Assembly (NCBI GenBank): GCA_951406725.2
Contig: OX597823.1
Span: 47,430,001-47,494,000 of the forward strand
Direction of reading: 5' to 3'
From: Octopus vulgaris
Lineage: Eukaryota
DNA length: 64,000 nt
The notes under the pieces are model-generated. The model saw nothing but the letters and a program-made list of their open reading frames with translations, was not told where the DNA came from and made no database searches. This document shows positions 26,239 to 38,896 of this stretch, one piece after another (the first letter of the stretch is position 1; each line of letters opens with the position of its first letter). A program made the translations under genes and the position numbers.

Positions 26239-26330
26239 CCTGCGCTGATGAGAGAAGAAGTCTGGGTAAGGTAGAATTATCTAATTCTTATGCTTTCCTA
26301 AGACTTGATCTCGAAACGTACGTCCGTAGG
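26239..26330 (+). ncRNA. Type I hammerhead ribozyme with intact core
   Basis: Stem I cctgcg/cgtagg; CTGATGA 26245-51; stem II gaga..aagtct..gaatt/aattc..agactt..tctc; GAAA 26313-16; stem III AC-GTAC-GT (palindromic); cleavage triplet GTC, predicted cut after 26324. Confidence 0.85.
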
Positions 26331-27658
26331 TGACTTAAAACTGTATGATAGATTGCCGTTAATTCATTCTCTCTTACCTGTTTGTGTTTGCCTTTCAAAT
26401 GCTTTGTCTTTACTGTGATCTCCCTTTTAGTAGAAGAAATAGCTATAATCTCTTTGACTGCTATTTCTAAATTCGGTGTGCGGTAAGGCAATTCGTTGCT
26501 AAACCCTTAATTGCTTAGTATTATATATATATATATATATATATGTTGGCTCATCATGGGTAATTCTGTACATCAGAGGTTCAAATCCTGTAGCAACCAG
26601 TTTAGGCTTTTATGATAAGAAATGCCTCAATTCATAAAATGTTTTAATTTATATACCTCATCTTTATTCATGTTGGGAATTTCTAAAAAGAATGAAATGA
26701 TGTTACACACAATTAGACTAGACTTTTGTAATAAGTGAGTAAAAAGAAAAAAAATTCTATGCATCTTCTTCTTTATTCCCTAAATTTCTAATTCAAACTT
26801 TTAATTTTGTCCAATGATTATTTCCCTTCTGCAAACTCTTTGCTAGAATATTCTACATGTTATTCTTGTAGAAATAGAGTGAAAAAACTCTGATGTTATG
26901 GGTAATTGTTTACTATTAGAATAGACGCCAAGGTGTGAATTATTCTGTTCTGACAATTCATATGTTGTTACCCGGAATTAAAGAACATCTTATTTCAAGA
27001 TGGAGGAATCAATTTAGAAATGTCTATGATGAACAACTCATGAAATAAACCAAAAAGTTACTTATGGAAATTTTATGCTTTAAACTGTAACTGAAAATTT
27101 CTTATTCTGATAAGTCTTGATGTTGAATTCAAAATATACAGCTGAGACATTAATTAATAAAAGTCAAAAGTTTATTTGACCAATCAAATTGAATTTATTT
27201 GTCACATTGTTCATTAAATTTGTTTTATTATGAAAGGTTTGATGGAAGTTGACATGGAATGACATCTAACTTAATCAGAGAAGTGACAACTTGCTATAGA
27301 AAATTTACATGGGAAAAATTTTATGCGATGCATTTATTTATTGAATTATTTCTGCTTTGAATTTAGATGTTTTATTATTTAATTTATGACATTATAGATA
27401 AGTTATAATGAATAGAAAATTGATACGTCTACATTAAATTCTTTAATTTCTTTTGACTTACTTTTGGAGAATACACAAAAAAGGATAGATATTGACAGAC
27501 TGTGAATGAAATGTATGTTTATAACTCTCTAGATGAAATTCTAAGTTTAGAGTCTTCTCTATAAACATAATTTCAATAGTTGTTGTGTTAGTTAAGTACT
27601 TGTAGACACCTGTTAAAAGCTTGATCCTTTTTTTTTTTTTTTTGCTATTTTAAATAAG

Positions 27659-27870
27659 TATCAGGACATCCTTGGTTTGTATCAGCTATCTCCTTTGACC
27701 CATTACTATTACCGTTCTCTCACCAGCACCGCCACTTGTCTGTCCCAAATATTCCAAGGTGGGAGCATTCAAATGGAAGTCAACTGAGTCCTGTTTCACT
27801 ACGAGTGAGCAATGTTAATAACAGCCCTGATCATGCACCAAATGCTACCCTCATATCCTACAATAAGTGA
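27659..27870 (+). CDS. Candidate coding exon, phase 1: x-SGHPWFVSAISFDPLLLPFSHQHRHLSVPNIPRWEHSNGSQLSPVSLRVSNVNNSPDHAPNATLISYNK*
   Basis: Follows a poly-T tract and AG (alternative in-frame acceptors at 27665 and 27727); 69 open codons in non-repetitive, locally GC-richer sequence; internal donor cga|GTGAGC at 27805. Confidence 0.5.
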
Positions 27871-29153
27871 TTTACCTATTATCAACATTCTTTCACCTGT
27901 CCTATTATTTAACTTCCTAGTTTATCTCGGTGCAGTTCCTCACTTTATTATTATTAAGTAAAAAGAAAAAAAACAAAAAACAAGCAGATATAAATATTCA
28001 CCATAAGAAATGTTACTATATCTATATTGCTACTTGTCTGTTGATAAGTATTGATATAGCAATCACTTTCTCTCTTTCACTTCTGACTCTCTTTTCAAGC
28101 AAACCATCACCAGCTAGTCTGTGAACTACATATCACAGCTTATAGTAATCCTACTCCTTTTATCATCATTCTCTACACGCTCTTTTGTTACATATTATTA
28201 AATAGATTTATGTTTTTGTATTATTTCTGATTGCGTTCCAGTGTTGGAACTTCAAGTTACTTTTGGTTAGCTCCTTATATTTAGCTCTAATTCTAACCTT
28301 CCTGTTATTCTTCAAATACTTTTAGCTACCATTTGAAGTAAAATTTTCTACTAATGTCTTAACTTTATTTTTAACTTATATACTACTAGAAGTCATTTGG
28401 CTGACATTATGTTATTTTGCTCAAAGGTTACTTCTATTTCAGACAGAGTTTGATTCATTCCTCTATTATGGAGAGATTTCTGAAGGGAAAAAGATAAAAA
28501 AAAAACTGATGACTGTTCTAAAATATCAATACAAGTCATCTTAAGCCAAGGTTTTCCACTTCCATAAAGGCTTAATATACATCAGCATTTCTAACAACAG
28601 TTTGCACTTAGTTGACTAACTCTTACCATTTATTTGGCCAAGTTATTTTCTTTCAGTTCATCTCTTCATTTATTCCTCTGTAGCTCTCCTCACTTGAATA
28701 AATTATTGTTTGTGAAAAATCATTTCCCTGATTTATATATTCATTGTTTATTTTTCATATATATATATACGCAACATCATTGCTGTGTACAGTACATGGA
28801 TTACTATGTAGAAGTAATTGCTAACAAGAAGACAAAATTAAGCCAACGATATTATTTAAATTGACTCTGAAGGATGTGTTTGTGGCATTTTACTTTTCAC
28901 GTTAAATCTTCAAATGAATTCATGGTTCCTAACTCTGATAACTAATGCTTTATTTGTTTTAGAAATACATTCCATGCTTTGTGTATCAGATTCTAGTTTC
29001 CTTATGCAAAACTATGTCATGTTTGATCTCTGTTGAGTCAATAGTTAGTTACAAAGCCACTGTTTCAAAATGATTCTATAGATATTGCAGGAAGCGCTAT
29101 GTTAGAATGAATGCAATCTATTGACTTTTCTTCATATTTTGTGTGTCTGCTAG

Positions 29154-29236
29154 ATACCAAGAGAAACCATTCTTATATAACATTATCTTCCGTCTCTCAA
29201 CCCATTAACAATGCACATCTCAACAGTTATATCTAA
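29154..29236 (+). CDS. Candidate terminal exon, phase 1: x-TKRNHSYITLSSVSQPINNAHLNSYI*
   Basis: Acceptor ttgacttttcttcatattttgtgtgtctgcTAG|; 26 open codons. Confidence 0.3.
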
Positions 29237-29634
29237 TAATGTCTTGGAACCAATCAGAAAGGCATTCAACATATTTCTACTTGCCAATTCAGCATAATTG
29301 TTTCTGGGTTCCTCTGCTGATTAAGGATGCACATAAAACCTTAACTAGTGTCAGCCCTTTACAAATGACACATCTATCATGCCCTATATTTTAGAACCTT
29401 GTAATGATTGATAGTCAAGACTATACTGTCATCACCATCTCTCTATGGAGTTCTGTCCTTGCTCAAACTTTTCTATTGATATTCCAAGAATGCCTGCTTC
29501 ACTGATCTTGGTAATTCTAAATATTTTTCATATAAATTGTTGCTCTCTCTCTCCCTCTCTCTCTTTGATCTCAGCGAAAATGGTCATACACACCATGATG
29601 ATGATGACAATGCTACTGCTGATGATGATTCCAT

Positions 29635-29860
29635 CATCATCATCATCATCATTTAATGTCCAGTTTCTATGCTGATGAGGGTTGGATTAGTTTGACAGGA
29701 TCCTGTGGGTTCAAGAACTGCATCATTGCTCCAGGGTCTGCTGAGGCATTGTTTCTATGGTTGGACACCCTTCTAAATGTCAATGACTTTACACCCTGTA
29801 GTGGTTGCTACCAACTCTGGTGAGGCTGCTAGGTGCAGCTCCCAAGACTATGAACCCCAA
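29635..29860 (-). mobile_element. Degenerate SINE family D
   Basis: (cat)n-ttaatgtcc...gggttgga...ggttggacacccttctaaatg. Confidence 0.6.
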
Positions 29861-31526
29861 GGGATGAGGGTCAACTTTATGTTAGTTGATGAGGGGTTAA
29901 GTATAAGAGAAAGTGAGGAGAAGAGCAGGTTTTTGTTATAGAGGAGCTCCAAAGTTACATACTCTTAGCAGTATGACTGAGACCAATCAGTAGGAGTTTG
30001 GAAGAGATAAATTGTTGTGGCAAGGTGTCCATGATTCAAAGTTTGAGATGAGTAGAGGTGAATGAAAACAGAAGATCCAGGAGTGTAGTGGTGGTGGTGG
30101 TGGTAGGGTTTGCAAGAGTGTATGTAAGGAGCAAGTAGTGGAGGAAACAGGAGAAGGAGAAATTGGCAACAGGTGTGAAAATTGGTTAGAGTTCAAGGAC
30201 GGATGTATTTACATATATTTATCGAATTTACACATCAATGCCCTCACCCCTTCTTAAAGAGGAATTTCTCTCTAATCACATACAAAACAACAAAAAAAAG
30301 ATACATGCACACATACACATATCTATAGAGAGAGACACCAAGATGCCACCAGCTTCCTGTCCAGCCACCTGTCCAGGGGAAGATATTCTCCTTTCTAATG
30401 TATCTGCTGTCCCTGAAATACTGATTTCACTTCTAACACCATCATGTGACCCACCTTGACCAATAGCAGCCCATCTCCCAGTAGCCATTTTGGACTTACT
30501 GTCTTCCTTGAGCCAAATCAAACCGTTTTGAATAATATTATATATAAATATATATTATAATTTAATAATTGACAATAAAAAAATTTTTAATTGCTGTACT
30601 CCCTATGATACATAAACAGAATTTTAAGTAGCTTATGATTATATGAACCAATAATGGTTATGCACAGTTGTTTCACTATTGAATTTCTGAGTTTTGTTCA
30701 ATGAAATTATGATCTTTGAATATTTCTAGACTTATATGTAGGACTAAAGGGTTAAATTTTAACCTATAAATTAAGTTGATGTGTGCTTTATATTTTATTT
30801 ACGAATTTAATTCTATAAATGTTCCATTTTTTTTCTTCAACATCTTCTGGTTTATTAAATCATATTTATATTAGATATTTAATTAGTGTTTAGGAATCTC
30901 TTATCAACATATATATGTTTTTTTTTTTTGTGTGTGTGTGTGTCTGTTTTGGGTTTTTTTTCCCTTTCTCTTCATTTCTAATACCTAACCAGAGTTTTTA
31001 TTTTGAAAATGGAATTTCACAAGTAGTAGTTATTGGTGGTTTAGTAAAACAGGTATTTTTTTTCATTTTGGATTTTTAGAATTTTTTATTTTTTTTATTT
31101 TATGTTATTGGATAATGTTTTGGAAGATATAGAATCCAGACTCCTGAAGTGAGAATAATGAAGCATTTTTGAAGAGTACATGTGTATATATGTGTGTATG
31201 TATCCATAGATATATATGTACATATCCGCACACACACACTTACGCACACATATGAATATGTGTGTGTGTGGTGCTGTTTATGTCTGCATGTGTGTTTTGT
31301 TTTAAGGTCAAAAACATGATAGTTGGCTTGACATTTCATTTTACTTGTTCAGTCTTGACCAACAGTAACCTTCTGTATTAATTGTTCTGCTGGGGAGTGA
31401 TCAGTATAAACATAATTTCACCATTGTATTTCTCACAAAGACACTGATTTCTCTTTACCTCATACACTGATTGTGGCTTACCTTAAGCTATAGGAATCGT
31501 ATGCATTAAGGTTGTGTGTGTGTGTT

Positions 31527-31576
<50 letters not shown>

Positions 31577-31579
31577 TAT

Positions 31580-31880
31580 AGGTGCGAGAGTGGCTGCGTA
31601 GTAAGAAATTTCGTTTCCCAACTACATGGTTCTGGGCTCAGTCCCATTCTGTGGCACCTCAGGCTGACCAAAGGCTTTTGAGTGGATTTATCATAATCAT
31701 CATCGTTTAACGTCCGCTTTCCATGCTAGCATGGGTTGGACGATTTGACTGAGGTCTGGGAAGCCAGAAGGCTGCACCAGACTCCAATCTGATCTTGCAG
31801 AGTTTCTACAGCTGGATGCCCTTCCTAACGCCAACCACTCCGAGAGTGTAGTGGTACTGGAAAACTGAAAGAAACCTGTT
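31580..31880 (+). mobile_element. SINE family A head hosting a nested SINE D
   Basis: gagtggctgcgtagtaag...gagtggattt | insert | ggtactggaaaactgaaagaa. Confidence 0.8.
31694..31853 (-). mobile_element. SINE family D 3' fragment, low divergence
   Basis: tcatcatcgtttaacgtccgctttccatgctagcatgggttggacg...gctggatgcccttcctaacgccaaccactcc. Confidence 0.85.
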
Positions 31881-31899
31881 GTGTGTGTGTGTATACATG

Positions 31900-31931
<32 letters not shown>

Positions 31932-32454
31932 AGCATGCATTGTTAATGTGTTTATATATATATATATATATATATAGCTTTGTCCATGATGATTTTAACT
32001 CTCAGTATGTGTATACATTCATGTGTGTCAGTAAATGTAATTATGTGTTTCCATGCATGCGAATGTGTGTTTACATTAACTAATATTTAAAATTTCTTGT
32101 AATATCTATCAACATAAAATAAATCAATATATATGAATTTAGTTATTAGCAATCTGCATGTCCATTATAAAGTAGAATTATAACTTTCTTACTCAGCACT
32201 TAATGTTAGATTTTCAGTTTTAGATGTGAATTTTATTCCAAATTCTCTGATCCCCGCCAAATCTTAGCTTAGTAGACAACATGTATGATTTTTTTTTTTG
32301 GGAAATGTGATTTAAAATTCCTTCATATTCAAAATATAACATTTGTTTTAAAAGAAGGCCTTAGTAAGCAATTATCACACAAAATTATATTCATTTTTTA
32401 TATTTTGTCTAGTAGTTATGCAAAAATGTACAGTTTCCCATATAAATTGGTTTA

Positions 32455-32899
32455 AGATTTTGGCACAAGGCCAGCAATTTCAGGGTAGTGGGGTAAGTCA
32501 ACTACATCGGCCTCAGTACTCAACTAAGCGCTACTTATTTTATCAACCCTAAAAGTTTGAAAGGCAACATCAACCTTGGCAGAATTTGAACTGGGAATGT
32601 AAAGACGGATGAGATATTATTAAGCATTTTGCTCAGCATGTTAACGATGCTGCCAGCTCACTGCCTTATCACTACTTGTAATTTAGTTTCAAACTTTGGT
32701 GCAAGGCCAGCAACTTTGAGGGAAGGGATAAGTCGATTACACCAACCTTAGTGCTCTACTGGTACTTATTTTATCAACCCCGAAAGGATGAAAGGCACAG
32801 TCGACCTAGGTAGAATTTGAACTCAGAATGTAAAGACAGATGAAATGCCACTAAGCATTTTTGCCTGGCATGCTTATAATTCTCCTAGCTTGCCATCTT
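32455..32899 (-). mobile_element. Two tandem SINE B short-tail copies
   Basis: Copies at about 32455-32667 and 32686-32899, each with gaaaggca...gaatttgaac...ccagct. Confidence 0.85.
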
Positions 32900-32934
32900 A
32901 GTTTCACACACACATACACACATGTATGTATATT

Positions 32935-32981
<47 letters not shown>

Positions 32982-34015
32982 GCTGAATACTGTTGGTTTA
33001 TTCAGTGTATATTGCCTTTGCCTGAACAATGTGACAACTTACACATTGGGTTGTTGTGTAAGTAACCGTGTATTCCACAGGCACACTATACCTTTAAGAT
33101 AATACTTGAATGTTTTACAGTTGCAGGTAGAGTCTAACAGGTTTCCACGCAGTTTTTTCGTGATTTAATTTCTCTCACAAGACTTGGATTGACCTGAGAC
33201 TATAGTAGATAGCACTTGCTCAAGGTATACTGCACTTGCTCAACTATTTAGCTACACCTGCTTGCTTCTAATTTACTATTTGGCCTCACCTGTTCTTTTT
33301 ATTTATTTATTTGGGGTGGGATGAAGCTTAGTCACAAGTGGATGAGAAGCGTCTTCTGAGATTTTTCTATGCCTCAAAGACAAGTGAAAGTCTGTCTGGG
33401 GCACTAACTCAAACGTTTACAGTGGAAGACCTCTGTTCAGAGCAAAACAAGAACTAGGTGGTAGTGATAAATAAGGACCAGGCAGCGGTGGTAAATTTGT
33501 CAAGGAATTCAGTCTTTTAATTGTTTCCAGAGTTTTCATTACCCAATTTTACTTACAAGGATTTCGTTGACCCAAGTTCACAATAGAGAACACTTAACCA
33601 AAATGCTGATCTGTGAAGGAAATTTCTTAATCATATTCAACAGACACACTCGCACACACACACACATGCATGCGCATGCGCAGGCCAATAAAAAGAGCAA
33701 TCTTACATAATGTACTGGAGTTTTAAATAGAATAGGAACTATTGATAACATGGTCATAACTTAAAATATCTCTGCATATAGTTTGATGCACTTATGAATG
33801 GGCCACATAAATCTATTTGCTCCAGCTTGCTTAACTGACCAAACAGGTTTCACTCTTACTTTACAGTTGAGTGTTTAACTATGACTAGCATCCAGCTGTA
33901 AAGTAAATTCCACTCAAAGGAACCATCTCCTCCATAATAGCATGGAGAAATAAATGTAAAACTTGATATAAATAGCCATGTGAATCATATTTTTGTTTGC
34001 ACTTGGATGATATAG

Positions 34016-34144
34016 ATGTGGATAAGACAATGCTTATCAGTTAGTGCAAGTTCCACATCTGATCCAATTTTAATGACTGATGATGTCAAGAAGCACCTTA
34101 ATACTGAACCTTATGGTGAACCTGAATGGAAAATCCCATCATGA
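34016..34144 (+). CDS. Candidate terminal exon: MWIRQCLSVSASSTSDPILMTDDVKKHLNTEPYGEPEWKIPS*
   Basis: 42 open codons of protein-like composition; acceptor TAG| at 34016 (phase 0) or ttatCAG| at 34041 (phase 1); polypyrimidine tract weak. Confidence 0.3.
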   Translation: MWIRQCLSVSASSTSDPILMTDDVKKHLNTEPYGEPEWKIPS

Positions 34145-35728
34145 AGGATTCTGTATTGCTGAGAAATCATCAGTGATGTAAAATAAACGTCAGTGAAAAT
34201 AGATGGTGTCTATACAAAGTGTAGTTACAATAACAAAATGTTTTAAATATAATTTTGAAATTATTGCCCTCAGGATAATGTTTTATTGTGCAGTAGTTCA
34301 AGTGGCCCTTACACTCGATGGAGTTTATTTAAACTGCTCAAGCAAGAAACTACTTGATATATCTTTGCCGAACACAAAAGAAATCTAGATATAATGGTTC
34401 AATTGTGTGCTGCAAACGATTGGCCACAATTAAGAAATGAGTTGGCTGCTTCATAGAACCAGATCTGGCTCAAGGAGAATTCATTATAATAAATATTTAC
34501 TAGAATTATTAATCCTCAAAGAAATCTAAATTCAAAGAGTGTTGAACATTTTCAGAATTTCTTTTTTCTTTAGAAGACGCACACTCACTGAAAATATAAT
34601 TTCTTTCCTCTGGTGCTCTTTCATTCCATAAATAATAGTTCAAAGAAGTCTTGAGGAAACCAAGAAACAATGATCTTAGACTTATGCTTGGATTACATTA
34701 ATTAAATAATGCAGGCATATTTTCTTCAATAAACGTTTGCAACTTTTAATCAGTTCTCTAGTCGTTGAAATGGTAGATGCCTAGACTTGGGAATTTACAG
34801 CTTTTAGTTTTTTTCTCTCTTCATTCTGGGGTTGGTTTCACCTTTCAAAACCTCTGAAGTTAATAAAATATGTATTGATAGTTGGGAGATCAATAAAATA
34901 ACAGCTGTCCATTAAAATCAATGCCTTAGAAATTTGTGACATTATGTCAAAGCTAAAAATCATCATTAGCCCTGTACACTGAAAGAAGAGTGTAAAAAGG
35001 AGGTGTGGGGAGAAGAAACAAAGATGGTCAAATATTCTTCCGGTATTTATTTTTACCCCCTCAATGTTCTAAGTCTTTTAATTCATACACTGCATTAATG
35101 CTTATAGAACTGAATTGTTGATGAAAGGTCACAAGTTCAAAGTCTCTTACCAGCAGAGTAATGTGTGAGTGTGTTTGTGTGTAAGAGGGATTAGTCTACT
35201 TAACTCTTATACCATGCTTTATGGTAAGATCCTCTCATTCCACCTATGTTTTCAATCATAGAAACATCCATTACCATCATCATCAGCAGCAGCAGCAGCA
35301 ACATCTCTGCTTTCATATATCAGGATGAATTGAACAAGACATTTTTCAGGCTGTATTTTATGGCTAAATGCTGTTCTTGGTTGCTATTTTTGTGATGAGG
35401 TTTATAAATTAGGAATTAAAATAAAATAATGGCTTTGAATTTTGGCACAAGGCCAGCAATCTTACTGGGAGAAGGTTTGGCACTTACACTGACCTTCCCT
35501 CCCTATTCCCTGTGCTTAACGGGAACATATCTTATCAGCCCCTAAAGGTAACCTTGGTTGAATTTGAACTCAGAACAATAAAGAGTTGAAAGAAATGTCG
35601 TTAAAAATAATGAAACAAGATGAAAAAAAAAATTGAAGCCTATTTGAAACAGGATAGGATAACTTTTAAAGCTTGACAACAATTGACTGTGTAAAATAAC
35701 AGATATTTAACAAAAATTTAACTATGAA

Positions 35729-35944
35729 CCCTTTTGTTACCAACCCAGTTGAAACCAGCTCTGGCTTTGAATACAAATGTCTTGTTTTCATAAGTTTTGA
35801 ATTAAAATCTTCCACCAATCTTAGTCACAATTTATATTCCTAACACTAACTGAATGATAAAGTTATTTTACTAAATTCTTTATCATATTTAAAGTAATTG
35901 GAAGAAACACAGAGCATCTCAACAGAAATACAGTAATGAAAGAG
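35729..35944. mobile_element. piggyBac-like (TTAA) MITE
   Basis: tgaa|cccttttgttacc ... gtaatgaaagag|TTAA; homologous to 57204 and 8376. Confidence 0.8.
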
Positions 35945-36020
35945 TTAAAATATGATTATCAGAAAACTAAAGATTTGTAAATTTTAACGACTTAGCATAG
36001 TATTTAAAATTTATTTATAT

Positions 36021-36455
36021 GGAGACACAAGCATGGCTATGTAATAAGTAGCTTGCTTCCCAACTACATGGTTCCATGCTCAGTCCCACTGCGTGATACC
36101 TTGGGCAAGTGTCTTCAACTATAACCTCAGGCTGACCAAAGCCTTGTGAGTGGGTATGGTAGACAGAAACTGAAAGAAGCTCATCATATATATATATATA
36201 TATATATACATTGTGTGTGTGTATGTATTGCTTTGTGTCTGTTTGTCCCCCACCATCGCTTGACAACCGATGTTGGTGTGTTTACATCCCATGATTAGCA
36301 GTTTGGTACAAAAGATAAATAGAATAAGTAGCTGGCGTCAGAAAAAATAAAAATAAAAGAAGTACTGGTGTCAATTCATTCAACTAAAGATTCTTCAAGG
36401 TGGTGCCCCATCATGGGCCGTAGTCTAATGATTGAGACAAGTAAAAGATAGTAAA
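36021..36455 (+). mobile_element. SINE family A, full length
   Basis: Head catggctatgtaataagtagcttgc, internal (TA)(TG)n, tail gagacaagtaaaag. Confidence 0.85.
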
Positions 36456-36615
36456 AATAAATGATCTTCCCTTGAGTGTTTATTCTGTAGCAATAGTTTG
36501 ACGCTCAAGTATAAACTCATAGTCATTTTCTGTGTGTATATGCGTACTGTTGTCTGAACTGGAAGTAAGTATTTCTGCTATCCCTCTAACCACCTCTGAC
36601 CCCATTGCTATTGGA

Positions 36616-36649
<34 letters not shown>

Positions 36650-37099
36650 TAATGTCTCTGATTAGCTTTAATTAATTGGTATCCTTGATGGCCTGGTACC
36701 TTACCTAACCATACACACCCTATCACTCACTGACTATTTCCTTCCTGACCTTCGTTCGCATTGGAGAATGGAGTGACTGGTACAAAACTTCCCATTCATT
36801 TTCTACTGCCTGTTCCTTCTGTCCTAGCTACAACTTAGTAGCTAGCTCTTCATTGCTTCGCCTGTAAAGGTGTTACTAATCTACACTCATTGACATTTTC
36901 TTGGTAATTTTCTCCTCGCCATATCAGAGCAGTCTTTAATCGAAAAGATAGTTTTAGTGTCAGAGGAAGTAAGGGGTTGATCAACTTGAAGCCAGCCAGC
37001 CAAATAGTCATTGACAGTGCAAGGTAACTATGTCGTTCCCTAGATTCTAAATATTGAATAAGTAGCAGCAATTGAGATAAAATGGACACTTCTTATTTT

Positions 37100-37517
37100 C
37101 GTATCTTTTACTTGTTGCAGTCATTAGCCCACGGCCATGCTGGGGCACTGCCTTGAAGAATTCTTAGTCAAATAAATCAGCCCAAGGACTTATTTCTTTT
37201 TAAAGTCTGATACTTATCCTATTGGTCTCTTTTGCTGAACCACTAAGTTACAGGGACTAACATACCCACAAACATACATCCCTGCATATATATATATATA
37301 TATATATATTTCATCAGTAACTCATAAATTCAAAAGCAAAGCAGACTCTAAGTTACAGAGCAGTCAAATAATTAGATAAAGATAATTATGACTGGCCTAT
37401 GGGGTCACCCTGGGTTTCACATCCATAAAGCATTTAGCCTTTTAGTTTTTCTTCAGACCCTAATGTCTGGTGTTCTGTAACCTCTCTCCAAAGTAGAGGG
37501 AGAAAAGACCTCATAGC

Positions 37518-37551
<34 letters not shown>

Positions 37552-37718
37552 ATAAGATGGGCTTCTTTCAGTTTCCATCAAACAAATCCACTCACAAAGC
37601 TTTGGTTGGCCTGAGGATATAGTAGAAGACAGTTGCCCAAGGTGCTACACAGTGGAACTGAACCCAGAATTATGCGGTTGCGAAGCAAGCTTCTTACCAC
37701 ACAGCCACACCTGCACCT
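37100..37718 (-). mobile_element. SINE family A interrupted by a hammerhead-bearing insert
   Basis: Tail 37100-37270, insert about 37310-37518 inside (TA)n, head 37555-37718. Confidence 0.85.
37402..37460 (-). ncRNA. Degenerate type I hammerhead motif (homolog of 7051-7118)
   Basis: Minus strand gggt-CTGAAGA...ctttatggatgt-GAAA-cccagGGTG-accc; shares ggtttcacatccataaagca with the 7 kb copy; triplet mutated to GTG and stem II eroded. Confidence 0.55.
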
Positions 37719-38467
37719 ATATTTAACCCTATTAAACTATGTGCAGAGTAATTTTGTGGTGGAGAGAATGTCGTTGATTGAGGCTACTTCAACATATTAC
37801 TGGTTGATAACATTCCTCTTCCTGAGAAAAGAAAGACAAATATGACCACACCTAAAGCTTAAATATAGAACTGTGAAGTACTGAACTTACCAAATTATAT
37901 AAACACTAATGGCTCTATACTCTTAATCATTTTTATTTTAAATAATGGTATCTTTTAATTTACTTAAAAATATTTGGTGACTTTATAGTGCATGATTTCT
38001 TAAAATAGTCAGTAGTTTAAGGCTGTTCCAAAGGAAAGAACATTATTATTATTTTTTTTAAAATCTGATCCTTAGCTAGAGATAATTTCTGTGCTTATTC
38101 ATTAAATGTTATTGCTAGTCATATATGTATATATATACACAGTTATTATGATATATATATATATATATATATTATTTAATGATATGGTTCACGTACTAAT
38201 GATTAGGTGGAATTTCTAATTTCTTTTTCAGTTTTAATCCGAACTATCATTATCATTAGTTAAATTAGTGTTAACATATTTAATGTCGTGATTGTCGACG
38301 ATCTTATTAAGAAATAATTATGTAGCAAAGATAGGTTAACATTAACTTAATGCTTAATATCATTTTAAACATTGTTAAAAAAGGAAAAATCACTCTAGAC
38401 ATATTTCAGATGTATTAGACCTTTTCAGCAAAACATGAATTTATTATTGTCATTCAAAATACATTAT

Positions 38468-38896
38468 AGTGCAGGCATGGCTGTGTGGTAAGAAGTTTGC
38501 TTCCCAACCACATAGTTCCTGGTTCATTCCCACTGGTTGGCACCTTGGGCAAGTGTTTTCTACTGTCATCACAGGCTGACCAAAACCTTGTGAGTTGATT
38601 TGGTAGATAGAAACTGAAGGAAGCCCATTGTCTATATATATATATATGTGTGTGTGTGTGTATATATGTATATATATGTGTAAATGTGTCTTTGTGTATG
38701 TTCCCCACCACCACTTAACAACTGGTGTTGGTGTGTTTATGTCCCTGTAACTAACAGTTTGGCAAAAGAGACCGGTAGAATTAGTACCAGGCTTTTAAAA
38801 AAGAAGTTCTGGAGTCGATTCATTCAACTAAAAATTCTTCAAGGCTGTGCCCCAGCATGGCTGCAGTCTAATGACTGTAACAAGTAAAGGATAAAA
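38468..38896 (+). mobile_element. SINE family A, full length
   Basis: gcaggcatggctgtgtggtaagaagtttgc...cagtctaatgactgtaacaagtaaa. Confidence 0.9.

Noticed and set aside
27664-27702. WD40 assignment from GHPWFVSAISFDP
   Set aside because: Only superficial resemblance to GH..V..V.FDP; the rest of the repeat is absent, so no gene name is given
34076-34174. C/D box snoRNA (TGATGA...CTGA with 9-bp inverted repeat)
   Set aside because: The C box lies inside the terminal stem, the D box is not adjacent to it, and I recognise no rRNA guide
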